Below, piece by piece: positions 31,077-41,932 of a DNA stretch of 64,000 nucleotides. Source of the stretch: an uncultured Planctomycetaceae bacterium (lineage in GTDB: Bacteria > Planctomycetota > Planctomycetia > Isosphaerales > Isosphaeraceae); assembly GCA_963833985.1 (NCBI GenBank), contig CAWIAD010000001.1:2976001-3040000 (forward strand), given 5' to 3'. The position numbers and the translations under genes were made by a program. Positions within the stretch are counted from its first letter, which is position 1; the number at the start of each line of letters is the position of its first letter. The notes under the pieces are model-generated. The model worked only from the letters and a program-made list of their open reading frames with translations. It was not told the origin of the DNA and made no database searches.

Positions 31077-33453
31077 TCACCCCCGGCGCTTCAGGAACGC
31101 ATCACTCTTGACGATCTCGAGCACCAGCCGGCTGAACCGGTAGTCGCTGGCGGCGACCGCATCGGCGATCTTCTGCACCGTGCACTGATCGAAATCCTCC
31201 AGTCCCCGGCCCAGCGCGTAGACCAGCAGCTTCTCGGTGAGGCAGCGGGTGAACTCGCGCTTGTGGGCCTTGAGGATCGTCTTCAGCTCGGCCGGACCCT
31301 GAAAGGCCTCGCCCGAGGGGAGCTTGCCGGAGGCATCGATCGGGTGGGCGGCTTCCTTGTCGCGCCAGGCGCCGATGGCGTCGAAGTTTTCCAGGCCGAA
31401 GCCGGGCGGGTCGAGCCGGCTGTGGCAGCCGGCGCAGCTCGGGTTCGAGCGGTGCTGCTCCATGCGCTGGCGGAGCGTGCCTGAAAGAGCCTTCCTGTCC
31501 TCGGAGAGCTGCGGCACGTTCGGCGGCGGGGGTGGCGGCGGCGTGCCCAGCACTTGCTCCAGGATCCAGCGCCCGCGCTTCACGGGCGAGGTGCGCGTGG
31601 GGTTCGAGGTCACCGTGAGGATGCTGGCCTGGGTGATCAGTCCGCCGCGCTGGTGGCTTTTCAACTTCACCCGTCGGAACTGGTCTCCGGCCACGCCCGG
31701 CACGCCGTAGTGCCGCGCCAGCCGCTCGTTCAGGTAGGTGAAATCGCAATCGAGGAAGTCCAGGATGCTGCGGTCTTCGCGCATCACCGAGGCGAAGAAC
31801 AGTTCCGACTCCCTTTGCATGGCCTGGCGAAGCGGCTCGTCGAAGGCGGGGAACTGTTCGCGGTCGGGTTCACGGCGGCCAGGTTGCGGAGCTGGAGCCA
31901 CTGGCCGGCGAAGTTTTCCACGAGTGCCTGCGCCCTCGGGTCGTGCAGCATATGCCGGACCTGGCGGGTGAGGTTCTCCTCGGTGTGCAGCTTGCCGGCC
32001 AGGGCCAGGCTTGAGAGCTCGATCGTCGGGCATGCTGCTCCAGAGGAAGTACGACAGCCGGGAGGCGACCTCGAAGTCGTTGAGCGGTATGGCGGCAACC
32101 TCGCTGCCGTTCTTGCCGCCGGAGCGCCGCTTGCCCCGGTTGAGCTCCACCCGGAAGAGGAACTGGGGCGACACCAGCGTCGCCTGCACGGCAAGCTGGA
32201 TGCCGCGCTCGAAGCTGTCGCTGTTCTCGCGGGCCAGGTCCACGAATCTCAGCAGTCTGGCCAGCTCGCCCCCGCTCACGGGCCGGCGGTACGCCCGGCT
32301 GACGAACTTGCGCAGCACTGCTTCGGCACAGGCCGAGCAGTCCTCGGGCCGTTTCGGCGTCTGGAAGATGATCCGCCTGTGGCTTGCCGGCAGCGGCTCG
32401 CCGGCGGTGCGGAGCGGCCCCTCAATCTCCAGGCTGTCAACGAGCAGGTTGCGGTCGCGCTGCCGCGGGTCGGGGGCGTCGGGCATGTAATAATCATTGA
32501 GGAAGGCGACGGCGAACACGTGCCTCCCCCCGCGGACCCGCAGGCTGTGCTCATAGCTCTGCGGGCTCCCCTCCACGGCCTTCACCTCAATCTGCCGGAG
32601 CGGCCTGCCGTCAAGCAGCAGGCCCATGCGCACCGGCTCGGGGCCGGCTTGCTGCCCGCAGGCGCGAACCCGCAGGGCGTAGGAGCCGTCGCGGGGGAAG
32701 GCGTGCTCGACATGGATCTCTCCCTGCGAGCTGAGCACCCGCATGTTGTCGGCGGGGCTGCCGCCGGCCGCGTCGCCAAGGGAGCCAGCGTCCCAGGTCT
32801 TGATCGGCGCCGGGCGGTTCGTGTCGGCCACGATCGCCTCGACGGCGATCGACTCGGCGGCCGCCAGGTACTTCTCCATGAGGATTGGCGGTATCGACAG
32901 CACGTCGCCGATATTGTCGAAGCCGTAACCGACATCGTCCGAGGGAAAGTCATCGGCGGGATGGAAATCCAGGCCGACCAGCTCGCGGATCGTGTTGTTG
33001 TACTCGGCTCGGTTCAGCCGGCGGATGGTCACCCGTCCCGGGTCCACCGTCCGCCCGCACTCCGCTTTCGCCAGCTCGGAGTTGATCCATTGCAACACGG
33101 TGTCGACCTGCTGCGTCGTCGGCTGCGGCCGGTCCTCCGGCGGCATGGTGCCGCCTTGCAGGTTCTCCTTGACGCTGGTCAGCAGCTTGTGGCTCCGCGG
33201 CGCCGTCTGCAACCGTCAAGCCGGTCAAGTTGAGCCCGGCTTTCGGCTTGCTTGCTCCGTGGCAGCCAATGCAATAGCGGTTCAGGATGGGACGGACGGT
33301 CGACTCGAGCACCCCTGGGCTCGCTGCCGGCTTCCGGCCCGGCACCGGAGACGGAGTGGCCGGCTGATCCGCCCTGGCTTCCGTAACCAGCGAACTCGCC
33401 AGCAAGAGGCCGTTCAAGCTCAGGTATCCCAGGTATCCGAACACGCGCATCAT
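31077..33453 (-). CDS. DUF1587/1595/1592/1588/1585 protein with planctomycete cytochrome c domain; apparent frameshifts near 33215, 32020, 31870
   Basis: YCIGCHG, MPP, RRLNRAEYNNT, GFDNIG, SRLSYFLWSSMPD, FAGQWL, RTSPVKRG.W, CAGCH, YALGR. Confidence 0.9.
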
Positions 33454-33694
33454 CGCTTCTCCAGGCCAGCCGGTTCTCCTGGCGGAGCCGGCCGTTGTCG
33501 TGGCGGGAAGCGAAATTTTAACAAAGATAAAACAAGGCTGCGAGCCCAGTCCCAGCCGCCGGCGGCCCGAACGGCTCTGAGCCTTTGTGAACGGAGTGCA
33601 ATTCTGGTATCGTTCGGCTCCATGCGCCGGCAAGCGATGCGCTCGAGTCACAAGCCGACCTGCGACGGAGGTTTTCGGTCTTCGGGAGCAAGCG

Positions 33695-34738
33695 ATGACA
33701 CATCCTCAGAGCACGTCAGAAGCACACGAATCCCAGCCGCCCGGCAGCCTTTGGGCAGGCAGATTGAATCGCATCACGCGCAACCGGTGGCGGATCGCCT
33801 TTCTCTGGGTGGTGATCTCCGGCCCGCTGGCTTACCTCATCGATCGATACATCGAGCCGACCTACCTGGCTTACGGCCTGATCAAGGTCGAATCGTACCC
33901 CGATCTTTTCGGGACGTCCCAGGGCCGCGACGAGGCCGACTCGAAACTCGACTACCTCCAGACGGAAATCGAGACGATCCGGAGCAATCCCGTACTGGCC
34001 CTTGCGCTCATGGATCCTTCCCTCGCGAAATGCGCAGCGATCAAGGATTCGCATGATCCCAGGACCGAGCTCCGCGGAAGACTTGACTTACGGATCCTGG
34101 AAAAGACTCACTTCATCCGGGTCGCGTATGAGGCTTCATCACCGGAAGAAGCGCGCGATGCCGTGAACATAGTCATCAGAGCGTACGCCGCGTACCTGGC
34201 GGCTGATGAGTCTGACGGACGGACGAATTCAGGCAAGTTCATATCAGTGCGAAATAAGTTCGAGGGTGCACGTCGCGATCTGGCCAGGTATACAGACGGT
34301 CTCAAGCAGCGAATCGAGGGGTTGAGGAACAGGCTACGCGAACTCGCGAAGGCCGATGATGCCCTTGCCGCCAAGGCCGGGCAGTCCGGCGAGCTCGATC
34401 GGGGCACCGCCAGGCGGCAAGACGGCGGCGTGTGGAACTCTCACGTGAACCAGGTGGATGCCAGCTTCGTGAGAGACGACCTGGAGCGGGGTTACTCGGC
34501 GTACCGTGTCGCCAGCCGCAAGCTGGAGCAACTCGAGTTTGCCTTGCCGAAGACAGGACCATTCATCGAGCGGGTTGACGAGGCCGAACTTCCAAAAAGC
34601 CCTCATTCCGACCACAGGATCACCTACATGGCGGTTGCGCCGGTCGGCGTGTTGTTCGCGCTGCTGGCAGTGTTCCTGGCCTTCGGCCAGGACCAACCGA
34701 GACGGCGCCCTGGCGCGGAGGCGGCTTCCGAAGTTTGA
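33695..34738 (+). CDS. Polysaccharide chain-length determinant (Wzz/GumC-like), no kinase domain
   Basis: TM-P.Y.A...I.V, YLQTEIETIRSNPVL, coiled coil, A..P..P, C-terminal TM. Confidence 0.6.
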   Translation: MTHPQSTSEAHESQPPGSLWAGRLNRITRNRWRIAFLWVVISGPLAYLIDRYIEPTYLAYGLIKVESYPDLFGTSQGRDEADSKLDYLQTEIETIRSNPVLALALMDPSLAKCAAIKDSHDPRTELRGRLDLRILEKTHFIRVAYEASSPEEARDAVNIVIRAYAAYLAADESDGRTNSGKFISVRNKFEGARRDLARYTDGLKQRIEGLRNRLRELAKADDALAAKAGQSGELDRGTARRQDGGVWNSHVNQVDASFVRDDLERGYSAYRVASRKLEQLEFALPKTGPFIERVDEAELPKSPHSDHRITYMAVAPVGVLFALLAVFLAFGQDQPRRRPGAEAASEV

Positions 34739-34862
34739 CCCGCCGTTCGCCCCCGTGCTTCACACGAGCGTCCGACATGTGTACGATAATGGTGTGCGGG
34801 TCCGCTCCGCCGGAATCGCGAGTGGCTCCGGATTTATCCTGATGGGCTGATGAAACTCTGAA

Positions 34863-36884
34863 ATGAAGACCTCCGGGCTCCTTTCTGTCCTGTCCACGAC
34901 GGTATGGCTCGCCTGGCTGGGTTTTCTTGCACTGCTCTTGGCCATGCTCCGGCTGGGCGCCTGGCATCCGCATTTCTTGCCGGTGACGGCCGCACTGCTG
35001 CTGGTGCTGGCAGCGGGAATCTCGCTACTGATGCTGGGAACCTGGCGGCTGATCCGCGGGCCGGGCCGCAGGCACGCGCTGCTCTGCCTGCTGCTGGGCT
35101 TGCCTCCACTGGGCCTGCTCACCAGCCATCTCATGTACGGCTTCGGTGTGGCGTACGGACGCCAGTTCACGCTCAACCTCCCCATCAAGCTGCTCATGCC
35201 GTTCGGCGAATCGATCCTCGACCTGGTGGCCCGATTCCAGTACCCGGTGCGAACCGTGGGCGAGCGCGTGGTGATGATCTCGGCGCCCATGAAGAGCCCG
35301 GAATACCAGGTCGCCGCCATGGACCGGCACATCCGCGCACTCGAAGCGCGGCTGGGTCGAACCGGCACACGGAAGGTTCACTGGGTCCGAGGAGAGCTGC
35401 TGGGTATCGGCGGCAAGGCCATCCTCGGGATGTGCATGGGCAGCCCGGTGGAGGGCCACTGGCAGGCGCCCGATGCGGAGGGCCTGACCACCCTGGACCG
35501 GCACGAGGTGGCCCATGTTGTGCTCAGCCAGTTCTGTACCGCCGACTCGGAACCGCCCGCGATCCTCATGGAGGGATGGGCCGAGGCCGCCTCGCTGGCC
35601 TCTGCCATCAGCCACCGTGTCCGCGCCCTGTCGCAGCAGGAGGGCGGGCGCTGGCTGTCGCTGGCAGAGCTGACCGGCCCCGACTGGTATGGCCGTCACG
35701 ATTATCCCGTCTATGTCCAGGGAGCGGTGCTGGTCGATTATCTGCTCCGCCGATTCGGGCCGGATCGTTTCGTGGAGCTCTACGCCACCTGCCGGCGGCG
35801 CGAGTTCGCCAGCGACCTGGAGCGAATCGTGGGGATCACACTCGAGCAGCTCGACCGCGACTACGAGGCCGACCTCCAGGCGTCCATCGGGCCGGGCGGC
35901 TACCACGCCGCCTGGATCGCGTCGCTGCCTCTGGGGCCGAACGTGAAACCAGAGGAATGGAAGCAATTCACGGCAGCGTACCTGGCCGCCTGCGAGCGGA
36001 TACTCGCTCCGTACCGGGAGGTGCGCCTGGTGGCCGAGCGGAGGCACGAGACCATCGAGGAGGGCCAGCTTCCGCACCGCTTCCGCTGGCGCTACGAGCT
36101 GAAGCGGTCCGGCGCACTCTCCAGCGTGCGCATCGTGTACTCGGGGAACCGCGAGGAGATTTACCTGGCACACCCGTCCCACTCGTTCCGGGCCGAGCGC
36201 CAGTCGGCCGCCGATGCCTGGGAGATCCACCAGGACCCGAGCGTCCCGCCCGAGCGCGCGTACCGGCACATGACCAGCGAGATCGCGGTCAGGGACCCTG
36301 TTGCCGCCGGTGCACTCCCGCTTCTCTCCCAGGCGAACTTCGCCACGGAACTGGTGGACCCCATCTGCTTCCAGGTGACCGCGTTCGAACGGCACACGAA
36401 ACCCGAGGGCCCGTTCTTCCGGCTCGTCCTCGAAGCCACCGCCGCCGGGCACCCGGGGTTCCGCAAGCTGGTCCTGGAGATTTCGGCCGCTGACTACCGT
36501 ACGCTCCACGACGAATCAGTGTCGCCAACCGGAGCAGTCTGGACGAGCGATACGGTCTACGAGTCCCGGGACGGCGTGCCGCTGTTTGTGTCGGACCAGA
36601 GCACGGGCCGCTCAGAGGACGGCAAGCCGGCAAGCAATACGCTGGCTGTCGTCGAGCGCACGTTCGGTCCCGTTCCCGAAAGCGAGTTCACGGAGGATCA
36701 CCTGCTCGGCTCGGCCGAGCGGCGCCGCGTGGCCCCATCGGCAGGCCCCGACCAGGAGTCGTGGCCCCTGCGCTTGTGCTGGGTTCCGATCGTCCTGGGA
36801 CTGCTCTCGATGACAGCCGGAGTCCCGCTGGCGCTGCGGGAGTGGAAACGTGGCCGTGCCGGTCCGATCTGGATCGAGACGTAA
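34863..36884 (+). CDS. Membrane protein with gluzincin/peptidase MA-like domain
   Basis: 3 N-terminal TMs, RHEVAH...EGWAE, Y..G..LVDYL..FG; C-terminal TM. Confidence 0.65.
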   Translation: MKTSGLLSVLSTTVWLAWLGFLALLLAMLRLGAWHPHFLPVTAALLLVLAAGISLLMLGTWRLIRGPGRRHALLCLLLGLPPLGLLTSHLMYGFGVAYGRQFTLNLPIKLLMPFGESILDLVARFQYPVRTVGERVVMISAPMKSPEYQVAAMDRHIRALEARLGRTGTRKVHWVRGELLGIGGKAILGMCMGSPVEGHWQAPDAEGLTTLDRHEVAHVVLSQFCTADSEPPAILMEGWAEAASLASAISHRVRALSQQEGGRWLSLAELTGPDWYGRHDYPVYVQGAVLVDYLLRRFGPDRFVELYATCRRREFASDLERIVGITLEQLDRDYEADLQASIGPGGYHAAWIASLPLGPNVKPEEWKQFTAAYLAACERILAPYREVRLVAERRHETIEEGQLPHRFRWRYELKRSGALSSVRIVYSGNREEIYLAHPSHSFRAERQSAADAWEIHQDPSVPPERAYRHMTSEIAVRDPVAAGALPLLSQANFATELVDPICFQVTAFERHTKPEGPFFRLVLEATAAGHPGFRKLVLEISAADYRTLHDESVSPTGAVWTSDTVYESRDGVPLFVSDQSTGRSEDGKPASNTLAVVERTFGPVPESEFTEDHLLGSAERRRVAPSAGPDQESWPLRLCWVPIVLGLLSMTAGVPLALREWKRGRAGPIWIET

Positions 36885-36941
36885 TTTCCGTGCTACAAGA
36901 GGTGCAACGTTTCAGCGTTCTACCTGGGGGAACCTGCCGCG

Positions 36942-37304
36942 ATGGCAACCGCCGAGGCCGGCGCCGTTTACCGTGAGCTCGAGGAGCTTGTTCTCCGCGT
37001 CAACGACCACCCCGAGGTGCGGCTGGCGCTCATGGCCCGGGTCAGGGAGGCGCTCGCGAGCGGACCCACGACGTCCCGTGGCGACCGCCTCGGCCTGGCC
37101 GACCAGGTCGAGCGCTGGCGATACCAGCTGCTGAACCACAATGCCGGGCACCTGACCGTCGACCAGGCCGAGTTGACCCGGCGACTGGACGCACTGGCGA
37201 ACACGCTGAGCAGTCGCGAGCCCCGGCCGGCGCGGTCGTTACGAGCCATGCTGAAGACCGAGCACGGGGAGCTCGCTCGGCGAGACGGTCGAGCTCTGCC
37301 TTGA
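36942..37304 (+). CDS. Hypothetical helical protein; possibly the frameshifted N-terminus of ThiH
   Basis: Good-looking 120-aa ORF; the ThiH frame is open upstream of 37318 (ETVELCLDPARPVDQV). Confidence 0.5.
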   Translation: MATAEAGAVYRELEELVLRVNDHPEVRLALMARVREALASGPTTSRGDRLGLADQVERWRYQLLNHNAGHLTVDQAELTRRLDALANTLSSREPRPARSLRAMLKTEHGELARRDGRALP

Positions 37305-37317
37305 TCCGGCTCGTCCC

Positions 37318-38301
37318 GTGGATCAGGTCGAGCAAGTGGCGCACACGGTCACCGCGAAGCATTTCCACACGCCTCGCGGCAACTCCGTCCGTCCGATGCT
37401 GCTGTATGCACCCTTGTACGTCTCGAACCACTGCATCAACCACTGTCTTTATTGTGGATTTCGCTATCCCAATTCGATGGAGCGGTCGCGGCTCGACGAG
37501 AGCGCGGCGCTTGCCGAGGCCGAGGTTCTCTGTCGGCACGGCTTCCGGCATGTGCTCGTCGTGGCCGGCGAGTACCCCCGGCTGATCACGGTGGATTACC
37601 TGGCCGGGATCGTCTCGGCCCTGAACGACCGGGGGCTGGACATCGCGGTCGAGGTGGCGCCTCAGAGCACGCTCGATTACACCCGGCTGCACGAATCCGG
37701 CGCGGCCGGCGTCACGCTCTACCAGGAGACGTACGACGCGGAAGACTATCGCACCTACCATCCCCGGGGAACCAAGGCCTGGTACGACTGGCGGCTGGAA
37801 GGCCCGGAGCGTGCCGCGCTGGCGGGCATCCGCCGCATCGGCCTGGGTATCCTGCTGGGCCTGGGCGACCCGCTCCGCGAGCTTGACGCCCTGATCGCAC
37901 ACGGCCGCTACCTGCTCGAGCGGTTTCCGGACCTGAAACTGTCGTTCAGCCTGCCGCGCATCCACGAAGCACCCGAGGGCTTCCGGCCGCCCTTCCTCGT
38001 CGATGACGAGCTCTTCATCAGGCTCTACTGCGCGTTGCGGACGGCGGTGCCGAATGCCAACCTGGTGCTCTCGACCCGCGAGCCGGCCCCGCTCCGCGAT
38101 CGGCTGGCCCGAGCCTGCGTCACGCAGATGAGCGCGGGTAGCTCCACCGCGCCGGGAGGGTACCGTACGGCAGATCGGCCGCAGGGCGGGAGCGAGCAGT
38201 TCCCCGTCGTCGATCAGCGCAGCCCGGAGGAGGTGGCCGGATACCTGGCAAGCGCCGGCTTCGAAGTGCTCTGGAGCCCGGACGCGTTGCAGGCGGACTG
38301 A
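37318..38301 (+). CDS. thiH: 2-iminoacetate synthase (radical SAM, ThiH-like)
   Basis: LYAPLYVSNHCINHCLYCGF, YQETY, G.LLGL, SLPR, LSTRE, SAGSST.PGGY, QF...DQRS. Confidence 0.85.
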   Translation: MDQVEQVAHTVTAKHFHTPRGNSVRPMLLYAPLYVSNHCINHCLYCGFRYPNSMERSRLDESAALAEAEVLCRHGFRHVLVVAGEYPRLITVDYLAGIVSALNDRGLDIAVEVAPQSTLDYTRLHESGAAGVTLYQETYDAEDYRTYHPRGTKAWYDWRLEGPERAALAGIRRIGLGILLGLGDPLRELDALIAHGRYLLERFPDLKLSFSLPRIHEAPEGFRPPFLVDDELFIRLYCALRTAVPNANLVLSTREPAPLRDRLARACVTQMSAGSSTAPGGYRTADRPQGGSEQFPVVDQRSPEEVAGYLASAGFEVLWSPDALQAD

Positions 38302-38340
38302 GGTTTCCGGAGAATTACGCTGAAGGCATCCGTTCCATTT

Positions 38341-40362
38341 GTGGGTTCCAGCGGCCCTTTCAAGGGCCCAGGGAAGTGGACCGTGGGCAACGGCGTAGGG
38401 ACAACGCGCACGCTGCCGCGGCTGGCACTCGGCTGCGGCATGTCGTCCGCAATCATTGGCAGCGCCGCACTTGCCGGCACGGCGATCGGTCAGCCGTTCT
38501 TGATGGGCGTCCGCGCCAGCTACGTGCCCATGGCGCCGAATACGGCCATCGGCTTCGTGGTGATGGGCCTTGTGCTCTGCCTGCTGGCGGCCGACGACCG
38601 CGTCCAACCTGGGATCAGGAAACGTGGGCACAGCCATGCCCGCAACCTGGCGGCGCGGCGGGGCTGGAGGCGATGGGCGACCGACCTGGCCGCCCTGGCG
38701 GCGCTGCTGGTGGCGATTGTCTGCGTGTTTCGGCTCATCGAGTTCGCGGCCGGGGCCAGCTTCGCCGTCGATTCCTGGTTCATGCGTGTGCCGGCACGGA
38801 AGCTGGATGAGATTCCCGTGGGGCGTATGGCCATGTCCACGGCCTTCGCCTTCCTGGCAGCGAGCCTGGCGGCACCGATCCTTGCCTGGAGCCGGCGCGA
38901 GAGGGACTTGCTCGGCCGCAACGTGGCGGGGGCAGGGGCAACGGTCGGGGGAGCCATCGGCCTCATCTTTGTCCTGGGCTACCTGTTCAGCCCCAACGCC
39001 CCCTTGCTGTATGGTGGGCATGTGATCCCCATGGCACTGAACACGGGCATCGGGCTGGTGCTCCTGGGGACTGGACTGGCCGCGGCCGCGGGGCCAGGCG
39101 CCTTCCCACTCCAGCGGCTGTGCGGTCCGAGCATCCGCGCGCGGCTGCTGCGGGTCTTCCTGCCCCTGGTCGTCGGCACGGTGGTCATGGTTGGCTGGCT
39201 CACCCACGTGGTGGCGACAACCGCCGGCGCCTCGACGGCAGCGATTGCCTCGGCCGCACTCGCCACGGCGGCCATCTTCGTGTTCGGCGTTTCCCTGGAA
39301 CGGATTGCCGGCCGGGTCGGCGAGCAGATCGAGCGCGTCGAGGCTGACCTGCAACGCGCCCACGACCAGCTCGAGATCAAGGTGCAGGAACGGACGCGGT
39401 CGCTTCACCTCGCCAACGAGGACCTGGCGCAGGCGTTCCGCGACCTCAACCAGGCGCATTCCGCCCTCCAGAAATCGCACGAGGAACTGAAGCAAACACA
39501 GGGGCGCATGGTCCAGCAGGCCAATCTGGCCAGCCTGGGCCAGACCGCCGCGGGCGTGGCGCACGAGATCAACAACCCCCTCGCGTTCGTCACCAACAAC
39601 ATCACGGTGCTGAAGCGCGAGGTGACTGACCTGCACGATATCTTGCGGCTCTACCAGCAGGCTGAGTCCACCCTGGCTTCCTACCAGAACGACCTGCTGC
39701 AACGGATCCGGCTGCTCAGCGAGGAGGTCGATCTGCCCTTTGTCCAGGCGAACCTCGAAAGCCTGCTGGACCGCTCACGCGAGGGACTGAAGCGGATCCA
39801 GAAGATCGTAGAGAACCTGCGCGACTTCGCCCATCTGGAAGAGGCCGAGCTTCAGGACGCCGACCTGAGCGCAGGCGTCACCGCCACCGTGAGTATCCTG
39901 CGCGAGCTGGCCGGGCGGAGGCACATCACACTGGAGACGGAACTGGAGCCCGTGCCGAAAGTGAGATGCTACCCGGCGAAGATCAACATGGTCATCCAGA
40001 ACCTGGTGCTCAACGCCATCGACGCCTGCCCCGTCGGAGGCAAGGTCGTGGTCCGCAGCCGGGCGCGGAGCGAGGGCGTGGAAATCGAGGTCTGCGATAA
40101 CGGCAGCGGCATCGACCCGGCCATCCAGGCCAAGGTTTTTGATCCGTTCTTCACGACCAAGCCGATCGGGCAGGGAACCGGGCTGGGCCTGTCGATGAGC
40201 TACGGCATCATCAGGGATCACGGTGGTACCATCGCGTTCGAGTCGGAGCCGGGGAGAGGAACCCGGTTCACCATTCAGGTGCCAGGTGACGGGGATCCGC
40301 GATTCACGCCATTGAACGATTCACCCGCCCTGGACCCGCGCCCGGCGCCGACGCCAGCCTGA
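38341..40362 (+). CDS. Membrane sensor histidine kinase
   Basis: Multiple TMs; AGVAHEINNPL, NLVLNAIDA, DNGSGI, FDPFFTTK..GQGTGLGL. Confidence 0.95.
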   Translation: MGSSGPFKGPGKWTVGNGVGTTRTLPRLALGCGMSSAIIGSAALAGTAIGQPFLMGVRASYVPMAPNTAIGFVVMGLVLCLLAADDRVQPGIRKRGHSHARNLAARRGWRRWATDLAALAALLVAIVCVFRLIEFAAGASFAVDSWFMRVPARKLDEIPVGRMAMSTAFAFLAASLAAPILAWSRRERDLLGRNVAGAGATVGGAIGLIFVLGYLFSPNAPLLYGGHVIPMALNTGIGLVLLGTGLAAAAGPGAFPLQRLCGPSIRARLLRVFLPLVVGTVVMVGWLTHVVATTAGASTAAIASAALATAAIFVFGVSLERIAGRVGEQIERVEADLQRAHDQLEIKVQERTRSLHLANEDLAQAFRDLNQAHSALQKSHEELKQTQGRMVQQANLASLGQTAAGVAHEINNPLAFVTNNITVLKREVTDLHDILRLYQQAESTLASYQNDLLQRIRLLSEEVDLPFVQANLESLLDRSREGLKRIQKIVENLRDFAHLEEAELQDADLSAGVTATVSILRELAGRRHITLETELEPVPKVRCYPAKINMVIQNLVLNAIDACPVGGKVVVRSRARSEGVEIEVCDNGSGIDPAIQAKVFDPFFTTKPIGQGTGLGLSMSYGIIRDHGGTIAFESEPGRGTRFTIQVPGDGDPRFTPLNDSPALDPRPAPTPA

Positions 40363-40551
40363 CCTGGCTGACGACCGCCACTCTTGAAACCGTTGCTCCC
40401 GCGGCCGCGCCCAGTGCCGTTGACCTTCGCCGTGGCATCCCAGATAATTTGGACAAGTGTCATTTCAGACGGAACGCGTACGACCAAACATCCCCGGAAA
40501 GCCTGAGCGCGCTACGGCGATTGCGGAGACTGGCCGAAAACGAGGTGGTGA

Positions 40552-41932
40552 TTGGATTTGTTTGGACGGGCTCGGAGCTTGTTCCAGGGGCTAGCAGCGC
40601 CCCCCATCTCGCGCGTTCAGTACTATAACGTGGCCTGCCCGCTGGGCCATCGCCTGCGCGGCCAGCGGACCAGCGGCTACCAGGCTCTGCGCTGCCCGTC
40701 GTGCGGCGAGGGCATCTTCGTATTGCCCGCCAGCCCGCTGCCGGAGCCCGTGGCCCCCGACCGGCCGGCCAGGAGGCGCACGGCCGTCGCCGCCAGGGCC
40801 GAGGTCGAGCTCGAGGAGAGCCCGCTGGAGCTGAAGGACCCGGGCAAGGCCAGCCTTGATCTTGCCGAGCCCGACGACGCTTCGGTCGAGGCCGAAATTG
40901 TCTGGGACGATGAGCCGGCAGGGCCACCGTCCCGGCCGCCGGGAGATGATCGGTCAGAGGACCTCGGGCGGGAATCCGCGGCCCCCGCCCCTCAAGCAGG
41001 AGGCGGCGCCCCACCCCGGACGGCCAGGCCCGGGGCCCGTCCGGCCGATCCCGCGGCCGGCCGTGACAGAGAGCCGCGCGGAGCCCCGCGATACTCAGCC
41101 CGCCGTGGGGCGGCCTCGCCGCACGGAGCCGACGCACGCCGCGTCCATGGCGGACGTCGAGCCGGGCGCCGGTCTGACGGAGCCAGCACCGAGGAAGAAG
41201 CGTCCTGTCGGCAGCCGCCCGGCACTGGTTCTGCTGTGCGTGATCGTGCTGGCACTGGCCGCCGTGGCATTCCGCTCGTGGAGGAGCCACCGGGCCAGCC
41301 TGCCGCAGGTGGCGCACCTCGGGCAGACCGAGGGAATTGCCGCGCTCGAGGAGGGCCAGTTCGACCACGCCTATCAATTACTCTCCGAGGCCAGAGATGC
41401 GGTCGACACGCTGGGCGACGCGGTGGAAGGGGCCGAGGACATCCGCCAGGCGGCCCGTGAGGCCGCGATCTTCGTGAACCTGCTGGCCGACCCGCTGGAG
41501 AACCTGCTCGACGAGGCCGCCAGGACCAGTCCCCAGGCCTGGGCCGACCGCTTCGATACGCTCTACAAGGGCCGCGCTGTGATCATCGACGCGACAATCA
41601 CCGCGACGCCGTCCACTCCCGGCTCCAGCCGTTATGAGCTGGACTACCTGGTGCTGGTCCCAGGGAACGGGTCGCAGGATGTACGGTATGCCCGGATCGA
41701 CATGATGGGATTCGAGGCGATCACCCAGGCCGACCCCAGGGTGGGAGACCACGTCACCTTCGGCGCGCAACTGGCCGCGTTCGGGTACGACGCCGAAGCC
41801 AAGGAGTGGACCATCCGCCTGGACCCGAAGAGCGGCGCATCCATCACCCACACCAGGGCATTGCAAAGCATGGGGTGGCCGGCAGGGTCGAGCCTTCCTG
41901 ACGACAATTCGGAGACGCCGGAGCTGCCATGA
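40552..41932 (+). CDS. Hypothetical protein: N-terminal Zn ribbon, low-complexity linker, TM; apparent frameshift near 40960
   Basis: CPLGH...CPSCG in ORF 40552; TM and globular part in ORF 40856..41932. Confidence 0.7.

Noticed and set aside
37042..39702. 886-aa minus-strand ORF and similar long antisense ORFs (e.g. 57920..59656, 61815..63581, 22089..23681, 31554..33233)
   Set aside because: Shadow frames opposite well-supported genes in high-GC DNA; no motifs
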